A stretch of 64,000 nucleotides of DNA from Deltaproteobacteria bacterium (GCA_023265595.1 JAHFSU010000003.1:6178-70177), one strand, 5' to 3'; counted from the stretch's first letter, positions 18,708-28,126 are shown. Numbers and translations: made by a program. The notes: generated by a model not told the origin, from the sequence alone.

Positions 18708-19346
18708 TTAAGGAGTCAACAGGCGTATTTTGGCCCAGTGATTGAGACGATAAAATTGACGCGCCGCACCCAGCAGTGCTTGCCACCTTTTCGCGCGCAG
18801 ATAGTGTGTCTCCAAATGATTGCAAAATCGGGCCGCCAAGGTGTTGGCTTTTTCATAGCGTTCTTTTTCCTCCGGAGTTAGCGCCTCATGCCATCGGAAA
18901 TTTTCAAAGAGCGCCGGAAACAAAAAAAGAGGGAGGGTGTGGTGCTGGTGGTAATACAAAAAACAGGTGAGCAGATATTTGTCGACTTCGGCTTGGACTT
19001 CCATTTCCAGTTGTGTGACCGGCAACTCTTTTTCAGCCCTTGAGAGAAAATAGAGAAAATGGCTGACCCCTTCTGTCGCCGTCAGAAAAGGTTCCAAATT
19101 GCTTGTGTTCAGACGGGTATAAGGATTGTCGGTTTTTAATTTTTGCAATAGTTTTGGATGGAAAAACAGACCCACTTCGACATCATTCCCATTTTGTCTG
19201 ATGAAGAGGGCCTCCTGTTGAAAACGACTTCCGATTTTCTGAGTCCCTTTCTGATGTCCGGTTTGGGTCAGGAAATTTTTTACATTTTGATCGAGTTGGA
19301 TAGCGTACAGTGTTTCAAGGTCTTTTTGGATTTTTTCTAAAATCAT
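18708..19346 (-). CDS. Hypothetical protein, co-oriented with the MMPL exporter.
   Basis: 212-aa ORF with no recognised motifs. Overlaps the upstream ORF stop by 4 bp, suggesting an operon. Confidence 0.4.
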   Translation of the reverse strand: MILEKIQKDLETLYAIQLDQNVKNFLTQTGHQKGTQKIGSRFQQEALFIRQNGNDVEVGLFFHPKLLQKLKTDNPYTRLNTSNLEPFLTATEGVSHFLYFLSRAEKELPVTQLEMEVQAEVDKYLLTCFLYYHQHHTLPLFLFPALFENFRWHEALTPEEKERYEKANTLAARFCNHLETHYLRAKRWQALLGAARQFYRLNHWAKIRLLTP

Positions 19347-19954
19347 TGTGGTTTATCGGTTTGGCCCCGATCGGGGATCGCAATGCCCGCCTTCTTCAGA
19401 AGATTTTCAAGGTGTTCATCACCGGTGGCCAACCATCGCTCATAAATTTTGAGCAGATTCTCATTGGTCTGGCTTTCGGAGGTAGAAGCCACCTCCGCTA
19501 AAACATCGACCAGATTCGGAAATAATTTTGCAAGTTCGAGATAAAGCTCTCCAAACGTCTTCTCATTTTGCAACATTGCCGCCAGAGAGGTGTAGGCGGA
19601 GCATCCCATTTTAATATAATAATCAATATCGATGATTTTGCGCCGAATCGATTCCCCGAAAAATCCGGCAGTGTAAAGGCTCACATCCCCCAATTTTTTA
19701 AGGCACCTTATTTTGGTGTGGATATTGGCCATGGCCGCTTCGGCCAAGATGAAGGCGAGCGGTTTTTGCGACATTTTATCCCCCTCTTTTTCAAAAAGGG
19801 TCTCCGTTTTTTTGAATTCCTGCAACAGATTGGCGAGATAAAATTCGGTGAAAACGCTTGCAGGGACACGTTGATGGACCAAAGCTTGGCCCACCCGTTC
19901 TTTAAAAAACTCAAGAAGGGGGACTTGTGCCAACAGTTTCTCTTTACCCCTCAT
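19343..19954 (-). CDS. Hypothetical protein, first gene of the putative MMPL operon.
   Basis: 203-aa ORF with no recognised motifs. Confidence 0.4.
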   Translation of the reverse strand: MRGKEKLLAQVPLLEFFKERVGQALVHQRVPASVFTEFYLANLLQEFKKTETLFEKEGDKMSQKPLAFILAEAAMANIHTKIRCLKKLGDVSLYTAGFFGESIRRKIIDIDYYIKMGCSAYTSLAAMLQNEKTFGELYLELAKLFPNLVDVLAEVASTSESQTNENLLKIYERWLATGDEHLENLLKKAGIAIPDRGQTDKPQ

Positions 19955-20018
19955 AATGCAGATTATACAAAATAGAGAATGAGTAAGACAGCAAAATTTT
20001 ATCTGTCCTGAAAGGCGT

Positions 20019-21044
20019 CTAAATAGGGAGGTTTTGACCGAGAGAGGTCGGAGGAGAATGGCTTTTAAGCGGGGGTTGGAAAAGATCTTTTGAAACTTTT
20101 TTAAGACAGATCATCCCGAAGAGGGCCTTTAAAAAATAATTGGCAAACATCCACAAAAGACTTGCCGTAAACAATAACTCAGCCGGTGTGATGACGCCGC
20201 GATCAAAGATAGGACCTTTGAGATACGGTTTCAGCAATTCCACCATGACCGCATTGGTTGTGCCAAGCCCTCCGGGCGTGATCGGGATCGTACCGGTCAA
20301 AATAACCAGAGGGATGTTGCCGAGCAACTGAATAAACGGGACAAAAACATCGAATGTCTTCAAAACAATGTACATCGAAACAATAAGCGAGATGTGGATG
20401 GGGATTCTCAAAAAGGCCAGTTTCAAATAATCTGAAATTTTAGCTTCTTTCAAAAGCCGAAAGATATCCTTTTTGCGGATCCAATGAATGGCTCTCCAGT
20501 TTTTCGACTCGATTTTTTTGTAGAGGGGCCCGCGCCAGAAAAGAAGATTGAGAATAAAAATGATGTAGGCAATGGCGGCCACAATCCAGACGAATTTTTT
20601 GAGTTCGATTCCCGCAATGTTGAAGTTGAGAAAAAAAGATCCGGCAAAGGCAAGCGTGATGACCCAATAGAGATCGATAAAGGCGATAAAGAAAAAAAGA
20701 CTAAAGGCTTCCCACAAAGGAATCCGATGCGTCCGTTTTAAATAATAGGCGAAGGCCGCCTGTCCCGCGGCATAATTGAGAATCATCAGGAGATAAGTGA
20801 CCCCCCTCGCGGCAACAAGGTCCTTGACATGAATCGCAAAGCCGAAGCGTTTCAGAAGACGGGTCAATGCGAAGGTGTCGGCAAAAAAAATCAGAAAAAA
20901 ATAACCGATCGCGAAAGGGATGAATGTGCTTAGGCGGACAAATTGGAGGCTCTCCCAGATTTTTTGAGGAGGATAAAGATGAAAAAGATAGGCAAAAATG
21001 GCAACGGCCATGGTCCAAGGCAAGACATTTTTGATTTTCGACAT
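20019..21044 (-). CDS. Polytopic membrane protein, flippase-like (UPF0104 / lysyl-PG synthase transmembrane-domain-like).
   Basis: 341 aa with about 8 transmembrane helices. Resembles the MprF N-terminal transmembrane domain family by recall. Immediately downstream of rlmE. Confidence 0.5.
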   Translation of the reverse strand: MSKIKNVLPWTMAVAIFAYLFHLYPPQKIWESLQFVRLSTFIPFAIGYFFLIFFADTFALTRLLKRFGFAIHVKDLVAARGVTYLLMILNYAAGQAAFAYYLKRTHRIPLWEAFSLFFFIAFIDLYWVITLAFAGSFFLNFNIAGIELKKFVWIVAAIAYIIFILNLLFWRGPLYKKIESKNWRAIHWIRKKDIFRLLKEAKISDYLKLAFLRIPIHISLIVSMYIVLKTFDVFVPFIQLLGNIPLVILTGTIPITPGGLGTTNAVMVELLKPYLKGPIFDRGVITPAELLFTASLLWMFANYFLKALFGMICLKKVSKDLFQPPLKSHSPPTSLGQNLPI

Positions 21045-21620
21045 TTATTGCCCCCTGAATCCGATCGCCACGAGATAAACTTCAGAAGATGTTTTTCGTG
21101 TGGCCTCCGGGATGAAAGTGACCAGTCGATCAAACGCCTTTTTCATCTCTTTTTTCAGTAATTCCATTTCTTCGCCCGGAAAAACCTTTATTACCAGATT
21201 TCCTTTTTTTTTCAAAAAGAGTTTTGCCAGTTCCCAAACCCGCACCGCCAATTCATAAGAACGATAGGTATCTCGAAAACGGATGCCGGAGAGGTCGGGA
21301 GAAAGATCGGACAAGATAGAGTCAAATTGTCGATCGAAAGTCAATGTGGGATCAAAAAGCTCCTTCTGGATGAAATCGACGTTTTGGGGCGGAGCGATTT
21401 TTAACGGAGAGCGATCGATGCCCGTAATGAAACCGTGAGGACCCACTTCTTGGGATAGAATTTGCAGCCAGCCGCCGGGGGCTGAACCCAAATCCAAAAT
21501 GGAGTTTCCCTTTTTCCAAATTTTGAATTTTTTCTCGATTTCCAAAATTTTATAGGCGGCACGGCTTGCCAATCCCTCTTTTTTGGCCTTTTTGTAGAAA
21601 TGATCTTTTCTTTCAAACAT
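21045..21620 (-). CDS. rlmE: 23S rRNA (uridine-2'-O)-methyltransferase RlmE/FtsJ.
   Basis: RSRAAYKL, DLGSAPGGWLQ and K-D-K-E motifs. The ORF-track start at 21701 is too far upstream; the Met at 21620 (MFERKDHFYKKAKKEG) fits the family N-terminus. Confidence 0.85.
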   Translation of the reverse strand: MFERKDHFYKKAKKEGLASRAAYKILEIEKKFKIWKKGNSILDLGSAPGGWLQILSQEVGPHGFITGIDRSPLKIAPPQNVDFIQKELFDPTLTFDRQFDSILSDLSPDLSGIRFRDTYRSYELAVRVWELAKLFLKKKGNLVIKVFPGEEMELLKKEMKKAFDRLVTFIPEATRKTSSEVYLVAIGFRGQ

Positions 21621-21621
21621 A

Positions 21622-21652
21622 AGCAACTTTTTTTGAAACCTGCCGATAATAG
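21622..21652 (+). promoter_or_regulatory. Copy a of the conserved promoter-like motif aaGCAACTTTTTTTGAAAcctGCCGATAAtag (CAAC-N14-GCCGATAA).
   Basis: Read directly. GCCGATAA matches the sigma-28/FliA-class -10 element. Divergent from the rlmE start. Confidence 0.5.
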
Positions 21653-21704
21653 TATTAGAGAGAAGAGGAGTCACTATTTCTTTGGGGTATAAAGTCGCCA
21701 AAAC

Positions 21705-21723
21705 AGGGGAAAATCCCCTTTTT
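21705..21723 (+). terminator. Short stem-loop AGGGGA-aaa-TCCCCT followed by TTTTT, about 50 nt downstream of motif copy a. Terminator or attenuator-like.
   Basis: Read directly. The 6-bp stem is weak. Confidence 0.3.
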
Positions 21724-21836
21724 GGGGGAGCGGCATTTGATAATTATATAGTAATTTCAATTACTTATAATTTATCCTGAGCGATTCAGTTTTGGCAACG
21801 GTTTTGCAAAGTTAAAGGGGAGCAAAAGGGGTATAT

Positions 21837-22196
21837 ATGTCTGCTATCGGCTCCGTTGGTTTGAAAAATTATGATGCCTTGCTGAAGGCGCTTTCCAGCT
21901 ATCGTCCGACTCTAAGCGGAGTCAAGGCGCTTGAGGAAGCCGCTTCCAAAGTCGACATCAATCTGAATCAGGCATTTGCAGAGGCCGGTTTGGGAAAATT
22001 CAAATCGGCTCTAAGAGGTATTAACCCGAGTCTATTCGGTTCAAAAGCGCCCGCCCTTTATCCCGGTCAAGCAGAGGTTGTTGCCGCTCTTTTTATGAAA
22101 ATTGAGAAACAAAATCCTGCCTTGGCGGGAGAACTGGCCGCAGAATGGTTTCATACCGTCGCAAAGGAGGTCCCCATTTATGGCAAGCAAAACTAA
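21837..22196 (+). CDS. Small hypothetical protein (119 aa, Ala-rich, helical).
   Basis: ORF with a GGAG-type ribosome-binding site. No known motifs. Confidence 0.45.
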   Translation: MSAIGSVGLKNYDALLKALSSYRPTLSGVKALEEAASKVDINLNQAFAEAGLGKFKSALRGINPSLFGSKAPALYPGQAEVVAALFMKIEKQNPALAGELAAEWFHTVAKEVPIYGKQN

Positions 22197-22500
22197 AAAA
22201 TGGACAAGAACCGAGGCGGTCCGTGTTTTTGAAATTTTGATGGAAAGGGGGAGCACCCTTTTTTCAAACCCCCATTTTCGCAAGCATTTAAATCGCGATG
22301 AAAACCTGTTGGCTAACCAATTTACCCGCGAGGCCAATGGGAATATCGCCTATCGTTCTGTCGATTTCAAAATTGAGGAAGAGATGACCGATAACGATTT
22401 TTGGAGCCGCATTGAAACAACACCGTATAATGATTTGATCGAAGAGAATGCCGCCATCGCTATTGTTAAAATGGCCGAAAAGCTGAAATTGGTGTCGTAA
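22181..22500 (+). CDS. Small hypothetical protein (about 106 aa).
   Basis: Starts at MASKTKKW, overlapping the previous stop by 16 nt. No known motifs. Confidence 0.4.
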
Positions 22501-22531
22501 CAATTTTTTTTTGGATTTTTTGAAAATAATT

Positions 22532-22562
22532 AGCAACTTTTTTTGAAAGTTGCCGATAACAG
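22532..22562 (+). promoter_or_regulatory. Copy b of the conserved promoter-like motif taGCAACTTTTTTTGAAAgttGCCGATAAcag.
   Basis: Read directly. Followed 30 nt later by a strong terminator. Confidence 0.5.
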
Positions 22563-22565
22563 TAG

Positions 22566-22620
22566 TGAGAGGTTTGAAAATCAAATAGACGGGGGAGCCA
22601 GAAGCTCCCCCTTTTTTATT
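22566..22620 (+). ncRNA. Candidate small RNA of about 55-60 nt, running from motif copy b to an intrinsic terminator.
   Basis: A promoter-like motif precedes it directly. The sequence is AGUAGUGAGAGG... and ends in the hairpin GGGGGAGC-cagaa-GCUCCCCC + UUUUUUAUU. It has a 5' end similar to the unit after copy a. The terminator could instead belong to the upstream ORF. Confidence 0.3.
22591..22620 (+). terminator. Rho-independent terminator GGGGGAGC-cagaa-GCTCCCCC-TTTTTTATT.
   Basis: 8-bp GC-rich perfect stem followed by a T-tract. Confidence 0.8.
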
Positions 22621-22736
22621 GGTTACGGGGCTTTTATTAGGAAAAGAGGGTTGGGGGAATCAAAAAAGTAGTATTCGCGAACAATTTTGGGGCTTTGGGG
22701 CGTTCTTTGAAACGAAAGGCACTTTTATGCGCCTTG

Positions 22737-22809
<73 letters not shown>

Positions 22810-23053
22810 TTTATACGAAAAGGTGTTGGGTAAACAAAACAGAGAGAGGTGTCAAGGAAAGGCGAAGAATAAAAAAATAAAAATTTTTTTAAAAAAAATT
22901 TTAAAAAAGAAGTAGATTGAAAAATTAGAAATTTGAGCTCGATCTTAAAGTAAAGGTTGAGCAAAAAATAGGCAACGCAGCGCCCAATTGTTTGACGCTG
23001 GTTGGCCGGCTGTGATATACAGCAAGCAATTCAAAAAAAGGAGGGGTATTCCG

Positions 23054-23587
23054 ATGCCAAAAGGTTCACCGATGAATAGGGAGTTCAAAGTAGGGGATAT
23101 GGCTGTTTATCCGGCGCATGGGGTCGGTCAGGTTATGAGTATCGAAAACAGGGAGATTGCGGGGGCCAAAGCCCAGTTTTATATCTTGAAAATCATGGAT
23201 AGTGGGATGACGATCATGGTCCCGACCAGTAACGTTCGCAACGTCGGTTTAAGAGAGGTTATCAACGAAGATGAAGTGGAATCGGTTTATCATATTTTGC
23301 GTGAGAATGGGGAGTATGCGATCACGGAACAGACGTGGAACCGTCGTTATCGCGAATATATGGACAAAATCAAGACCGGTTCCATTTATGAAATAGCTGA
23401 GGTTTTGCGCGATCTCTCCATGCTCCGTTTTGACAAAGAGCTCTCCTTTGGTGAACGCAAGATGCTGGATACCGCCAGAAATCTCATTATCAAAGAGTTG
23501 GCTATCGCGCAGGAAGAGGAAGAGGAAGAGGTGGCAAGGGAAATTGATGGGATTTTTACCGCCAATGCCAAACCGGCCAAGTCATGA
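23054..23587 (+). CDS. carD: CarD/CdnL-family RNA-polymerase-binding transcription regulator.
   Basis: N-terminal RNAP-interacting domain signature (FKVGDxxVYPxHGVGxV...AxxxFYILKI). AGGAGG ribosome-binding site before the ATG at 23054. Confidence 0.8.
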   Translation: MPKGSPMNREFKVGDMAVYPAHGVGQVMSIENREIAGAKAQFYILKIMDSGMTIMVPTSNVRNVGLREVINEDEVESVYHILRENGEYAITEQTWNRRYREYMDKIKTGSIYEIAEVLRDLSMLRFDKELSFGERKMLDTARNLIIKELAIAQEEEEEEVAREIDGIFTANAKPAKS

Positions 23588-24249
23588 AAAAATCGGGTGT
23601 TGTGATTGTTGCCGCCGGCAGAGGAGAGCGGCTTAAATCCGATATTCCGAAAGCCTTCATCCAATTGCTTGGAAAACCGCTTTACAAATATAGCCTCGAA
23701 GTTTTCCTGAACCATCCCGATATCGATGAGGTCGTGTTGGTTGTCCCTTCCGAAAAAGTCGGGGGTGTGCCTAAAAACAGGTGTCAAGTGGTTGGAGGGG
23801 GTGCCACGCGCCAAGAATCGGTCATAAATGGGTTGGCGGCGCTCAGCCCCAAATGTGAATCGGTTTTGGTCCACGATGCCGCAAGGCCTTTTGTCACCGA
23901 TGCATTGATCGACAGACTGCTGGCAACACTCGCCGAAGGAAAATCGGGGATTGTCGCTTGGCCGGTTCCCGATACGCTTAAAAGGGCCAAGGGGGATATT
24001 ATTTTAGAGACAGTCGACCGAAGTCATTTTTGGGCCGCCCAAACCCCCCAAGCCTTTCCGGTTGCTATTTTGAAAGAGGCGCTCCAAAAGGCCAAAGAAG
24101 AAAATTTTGTTGGCACCGATGAGGCATCGGTGGTAGAGCGCTTGGGACTCGAGGTTTGTTTGGTCTTGGGCGATGCCAGAAATATCAAGATCACAACCCA
24201 ATACGATTTGACACTTGCCCAAGCCCTTTTAAAGTATTTCAACATTTGA
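23584..24249 (+). CDS. ispD: 2-C-methyl-D-erythritol 4-phosphate cytidylyltransferase.
   Basis: VIVAAGxGxRL N-terminal motif and conserved IspD regions. Confidence 0.85.
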   Translation: MKKSGVVIVAAGRGERLKSDIPKAFIQLLGKPLYKYSLEVFLNHPDIDEVVLVVPSEKVGGVPKNRCQVVGGGATRQESVINGLAALSPKCESVLVHDAARPFVTDALIDRLLATLAEGKSGIVAWPVPDTLKRAKGDIILETVDRSHFWAAQTPQAFPVAILKEALQKAKEENFVGTDEASVVERLGLEVCLVLGDARNIKITTQYDLTLAQALLKYFNI

Positions 24250-24305
24250 GACGTACCGAAGGTGCGGATCAAATGTTAGAAATACTTATGGTTTTTAACT
24301 CACCA

Positions 24306-24337
24306 ATGTATTACAGAAAAGTTAAAATATCATAAAA
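24306..24337 (+). promoter_or_regulatory. Copy 2 of a 35-bp conserved motif ATGTATTAC(c)AGAAA(a)GTTAAAATAyCATAAA, ending 9 nt upstream of the ispF ATG.
   Basis: Near-identical to 3018-3053 upstream of murI, in the same orientation. Confidence 0.4.
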
Positions 24338-24345
24338 GAGACGCT

Positions 24346-24813
24346 ATGAGAATCGGCACCGGCTACGACATCCATCGCCTAGAAAAAGGGGAGCCCCTTC
24401 TTTTGGGCGGTGTCAAAATCCCTTCCGAAAAAGGTTCCGTTGCCCATTCTGACGGGGATGCCTTGTTGCATGCCATTACCGACGCCCTTTTGGGGGCGGC
24501 CGCGCTGGGAGATATCGGCCAGCATTTTCCCGACACCGACCCGCAATACAAAGGAAAGGATAGCCGGTATTTTTTAAAAGAGGTTTGCGCGTTAATCCGT
24601 GAAAAAAAATACGAAATAAAAAATGTCGATGCAACCGTCATTCTACAATCGCCGAAACTGGCAGAACATATTCCAGCCATTCGGAGAACGATCGCTTTGT
24701 GCATGGAACTGGATGTCGACCAAGTCAGTGTGAAGGCCAAAACAAACGAGAAATTGGATGCAACCGGTTTAGGCGAAGGGGTGATGGTGCAGGCGGTGGT
24801 ATTATTGTCGTGA
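24346..24813 (+). CDS. ispF: 2-C-methyl-D-erythritol 2,4-cyclodiphosphate synthase.
   Basis: MRIGxGYDxHRL...HSDGDxxxHAxxDAxLGA signature. Confidence 0.9.
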   Translation: MRIGTGYDIHRLEKGEPLLLGGVKIPSEKGSVAHSDGDALLHAITDALLGAAALGDIGQHFPDTDPQYKGKDSRYFLKEVCALIREKKYEIKNVDATVILQSPKLAEHIPAIRRTIALCMELDVDQVSVKAKTNEKLDATGLGEGVMVQAVVLLS

Positions 24814-24822
24814 AAGATCCCC

Positions 24823-26295
24823 ATGTTGAAAGTTTACAATTCATTAACCCAAAAAAAAGAGAAATTTGTTCCGCTCACCGACAAAAAAGTTCGAATGTAT
24901 GTCTGCGGGATCACCGCTTATGATTCCTGCCATTTGGGCCACGCCCGCGCGGCGATTGCTTTTGATGTTGTCTACCGTTATCTAAAATTTTTGGGTTTTC
25001 AGGTCGATTATATCCGCAATTACACCGACATCGATGATAAAATCATCAACCGTTCCAAAGAATCGGGAATGCCTTGGAAAGAATTGACGGGGCGCTACAT
25101 TAAAGAATATCAGGAAGACATGCAATCCTTGAATGTTTTGCCTCCCACCAGGGAACCGCGCGCGACGGAACATATCCCGCACATGACCAAAGCCATTCAA
25201 AAACTGATTGAAAACAAGATGGCCTATGCATCGCAAACGGGTGTCTATTATTCTGTCCGCAGTTTTAAAGATTACGGAAAATTGTCCCACAAAAAAATAG
25301 AGGAATTGGAATCGGGGGCCCGTATTGAAATTGACGAGACGAAAAAAGACCCGCTCGATTTTGCGCTTTGGAAAAAGGCGAAGCCCGGAGAGCCGGAATG
25401 GGAAAGCCCTTGGGGAAAGGGGCGCCCCGGATGGCATATCGAATGCTCCGCGATGAGCACCGAATATCTGGGACAGCCGTTTGATATTCACGGCGGCGGA
25501 AGAGACCTCATTTTTCCACATCATGAAAATGAGATTGCTCAAGCCGAGGGGGCCTGCGCCAAATCGTTTTGCAAATATTTTTTGCATAACGGTTTTGTCA
25601 ATATCGATGCGGAAAAGATGAGCAAATCAAAGAAAAACTTCAAAACCATAAAAGAGGTGATTGCCGAACGCGATGCCGAAGTGGTCCGTTATTTTCTCAT
25701 CTCGGCCCACTACGGATCCCCAATCGATTTTACCGATAGAAATATGAAAGATGCACGTGCCGCTCTCGATCGCTATTATCTGTTGCAGCAGAGATTATCG
25801 GCACTTCCCGATTTCAAATCGTCGAAGGTGGCAAAGGCGGAAAGCGGCGTCGAAAAAGAACTGGCCGATTCGCTTAAAAATTTACCAAAACGGTTTCAAG
25901 AGGCGATGGACGAAGATTTCAATACGGCCGGCGCCTTGGGGGGGCTTTTTGAAACGATCCGATTGTTCAATAAATATCTGGATAGCCTTCAGGGAAAAAA
26001 TCCCCCGTTTGCCTCGTGGGCCAAAAGCGAATGGGAAAAACATCAAAAGGTATTTCAGGATGTTTTGGGTGTTTTTGTCTCGAAGCCTGAAACTTATTTT
26101 GAACGGTTGAAAAAAATCCACGCCAAGGTACATCGCGTTGATGTTGCGTTGATTGAAAAAAAGATTGAAGAACGGCGTCAAGCGAGACATGCAAAAGATT
26201 TCAAATTGGGAGATGAAATTCGGAACGAACTTTTGAAAATGGGTGTTGAAATCAAGGACAAACCGGATGGAACCACCGAATGGCATTTGAGGTAA
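24823..26295 (+). CDS. cysS: Cysteinyl-tRNA synthetase.
   Basis: HIGH motif (HLGHAR), zinc-binding cysteines, KMSKS motif. Confidence 0.9.
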   Translation: MLKVYNSLTQKKEKFVPLTDKKVRMYVCGITAYDSCHLGHARAAIAFDVVYRYLKFLGFQVDYIRNYTDIDDKIINRSKESGMPWKELTGRYIKEYQEDMQSLNVLPPTREPRATEHIPHMTKAIQKLIENKMAYASQTGVYYSVRSFKDYGKLSHKKIEELESGARIEIDETKKDPLDFALWKKAKPGEPEWESPWGKGRPGWHIECSAMSTEYLGQPFDIHGGGRDLIFPHHENEIAQAEGACAKSFCKYFLHNGFVNIDAEKMSKSKKNFKTIKEVIAERDAEVVRYFLISAHYGSPIDFTDRNMKDARAALDRYYLLQQRLSALPDFKSSKVAKAESGVEKELADSLKNLPKRFQEAMDEDFNTAGALGGLFETIRLFNKYLDSLQGKNPPFASWAKSEWEKHQKVFQDVLGVFVSKPETYFERLKKIHAKVHRVDVALIEKKIEERRQARHAKDFKLGDEIRNELLKMGVEIKDKPDGTTEWHLR

Positions 26296-26302
26296 TTTTA
26301 AG

Positions 26303-26902
26303 GTGATTATGAACGAAGCCGCAAACATTATTCATTTGTTGAAACGGGGGGATGTCGAACAGAAAGAAGAGGCGGTCAAAGCGGCGAGCCTTTATGTCTA
26401 CGACCGCTCTTATTTTCCCGAAGCCTTTTCCCTTCTAATCGAACTTTTGGAACAGGAAATCACCCCCAAAATGGCGGAGGAGGCGGCTTGGGCCTTATGG
26501 AAATTCAAAGATGCAAAAGCGATTCCGGTTTTGCTCAAAAAAGCCAAAGAGGCAAAAACAATCGGTGTCCGAGAAAAATCGATTCGCGCTTTGGGATTGT
26601 TGGAGTCGATGGAGGCGCTTCCTCTTTTAAGGGAGTTGGCCTTGGGGGGATTGAAGGCGCCGGCTTCTCTTCGGGTTGCGGCCATTGCCGCGTTAGGGCA
26701 TTATAGAGACGCCGATTTGATCTCTCTTTTGTCGACCCGTTTGAAAGATAAAAATGAGGGGGTATGCAAAGAGGCCTTGGCTTCATTAAACCGGTTTTTA
26801 AGAAGAGATCCAAAAAATTTCCCTTTAAAAATTTTGAAAAAAATGCAACGGTTTGAATCGAAAAAAAGTTTCTGGAGGTTTTTATGGCCAATGAAGCCGT
26901 GA
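26303..26902 (+). CDS. HEAT-repeat (PBS-lyase-like) protein.
   Basis: Repeated helical AxxALGxxxxxxAxxxL units. 199 aa. Confidence 0.5.
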   Translation: MIMNEAANIIHLLKRGDVEQKEEAVKAASLYVYDRSYFPEAFSLLIELLEQEITPKMAEEAAWALWKFKDAKAIPVLLKKAKEAKTIGVREKSIRALGLLESMEALPLLRELALGGLKAPASLRVAAIAALGHYRDADLISLLSTRLKDKNEGVCKEALASLNRFLRRDPKNFPLKILKKMQRFESKKSFWRFLWPMKP

Positions 26903-28044
26903 TTGTCGCCGCCGTCCGCTCACCCATGGGACGCGCCAATAAGGGGCAGTTTGTGCATACCCGCATTGATGATTTGGCGGCTGAAGTCATCAAAGCCGCC
27001 TTTGCGAAAGTTCCGCAACTCAAACCGGAAATGGTGGAGGATGTTTTGATCGGCTGTGCCATGCCCGAAGGGGAGCAGGGTTTGAATGTTGCCCGTAACA
27101 TCAGTTTTTTGGCGGGGATTCCCTTTAGCTCCGGCGCGGCAACGGTCAACCGTTTTTGCGCTTCGTCTCTCACCACGATCAACATGGCGGCCGATGCTGT
27201 TCGCGACGGTTCATGCGATGTCTGTGTCACGGGCGGTATCGAGTCGATGAGTCATGTTCCGATGGGCGGATTCAATCCAAGTCTGAATCCAAAACTATTT
27301 GGTGAAGGGAAACCCGCGGCTTATATCGGCATGGGGGAGACCGCCGAAATGTTGGCGGAAAAATATAATATCAGCCGCGAAGAGCAGGATAAATTCGCAC
27401 TGGGCTCTCATCAAAAAGCGATTCGTGCACAAAAAGAGGGGAAACTAAAAAATGAAATTGTGCCGTGCCACGCAGTACAATCGGATGGTTCACTAAAAGT
27501 GGTGACGGTGGATGAAGGCCCGCGCGAAGATTCCACCTACGAAAAATTAGCGGCGTTGAAACCTTCGTTCAAAAAAGAGGGGAGCGTAACTGCCGGCAAT
27601 TCTTCGCCGCTGACGGATGGGGCGGCCTGTGTGATCGTGATGTCGTCTGCAAAAGCAAAATTGCTCGGCATCAAACCGATTGCGAAAATTTTAGGCCATG
27701 CGGTGGCGGGTGTCGATCCGGCCGCGATGGGGATTGGCCCTGTCTTTGCCGTGCCGAAGGCATTGGCTAGAGCTGACCTAAAACTCTCTGACATCGATTT
27801 GCTGGAATTGAATGAGGCCTTCGCAGTGCAGGTCCTCTCGGTTTGCAAAGAGCTGAAGATCGATATGAATAAACTCAACGTGCACGGAGGCGCGATTGCT
27901 TTAGGCCATCCTTTGGGTTGCAGCGGCGCCCGCATCATGTCGACATTGTTGAACGCCTTGGCCCTCTACAACAAATCGCTTGGTCTTGAAACCATGTGCG
28001 TCGGCGGCGGGCAGGGTGTTGCCACGATTGTCGAGCGAATATAA
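26884..28044 (+). CDS. Acetyl-CoA C-acyltransferase / 3-ketoacyl-CoA thiolase.
   Basis: Thiolase active-site Cys region (RFCASSL), and NEAFA and GHPLGCSGAR motifs. Confidence 0.85.
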   Translation: MANEAVIVAAVRSPMGRANKGQFVHTRIDDLAAEVIKAAFAKVPQLKPEMVEDVLIGCAMPEGEQGLNVARNISFLAGIPFSSGAATVNRFCASSLTTINMAADAVRDGSCDVCVTGGIESMSHVPMGGFNPSLNPKLFGEGKPAAYIGMGETAEMLAEKYNISREEQDKFALGSHQKAIRAQKEGKLKNEIVPCHAVQSDGSLKVVTVDEGPREDSTYEKLAALKPSFKKEGSVTAGNSSPLTDGAACVIVMSSAKAKLLGIKPIAKILGHAVAGVDPAAMGIGPVFAVPKALARADLKLSDIDLLELNEAFAVQVLSVCKELKIDMNKLNVHGGAIALGHPLGCSGARIMSTLLNALALYNKSLGLETMCVGGGQGVATIVERI

Positions 28045-28100
28045 TGCGATTGTCATTGCGAGGCCGAGTTTATCGAGGCCAAAGCAATCCATATTTTAAG

Positions 28101-28126
28101 CAACTTTTTTGAAGCCCTGCCGATAA
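28101..28126 (+). promoter_or_regulatory. Copy c of the CAAC-N14-GCCGATAA motif (aaGCAACTTTTTTGAAGccctGCCGATAAcaa).
   Basis: Read directly. Immediately upstream of the HTH gene. Confidence 0.5.
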
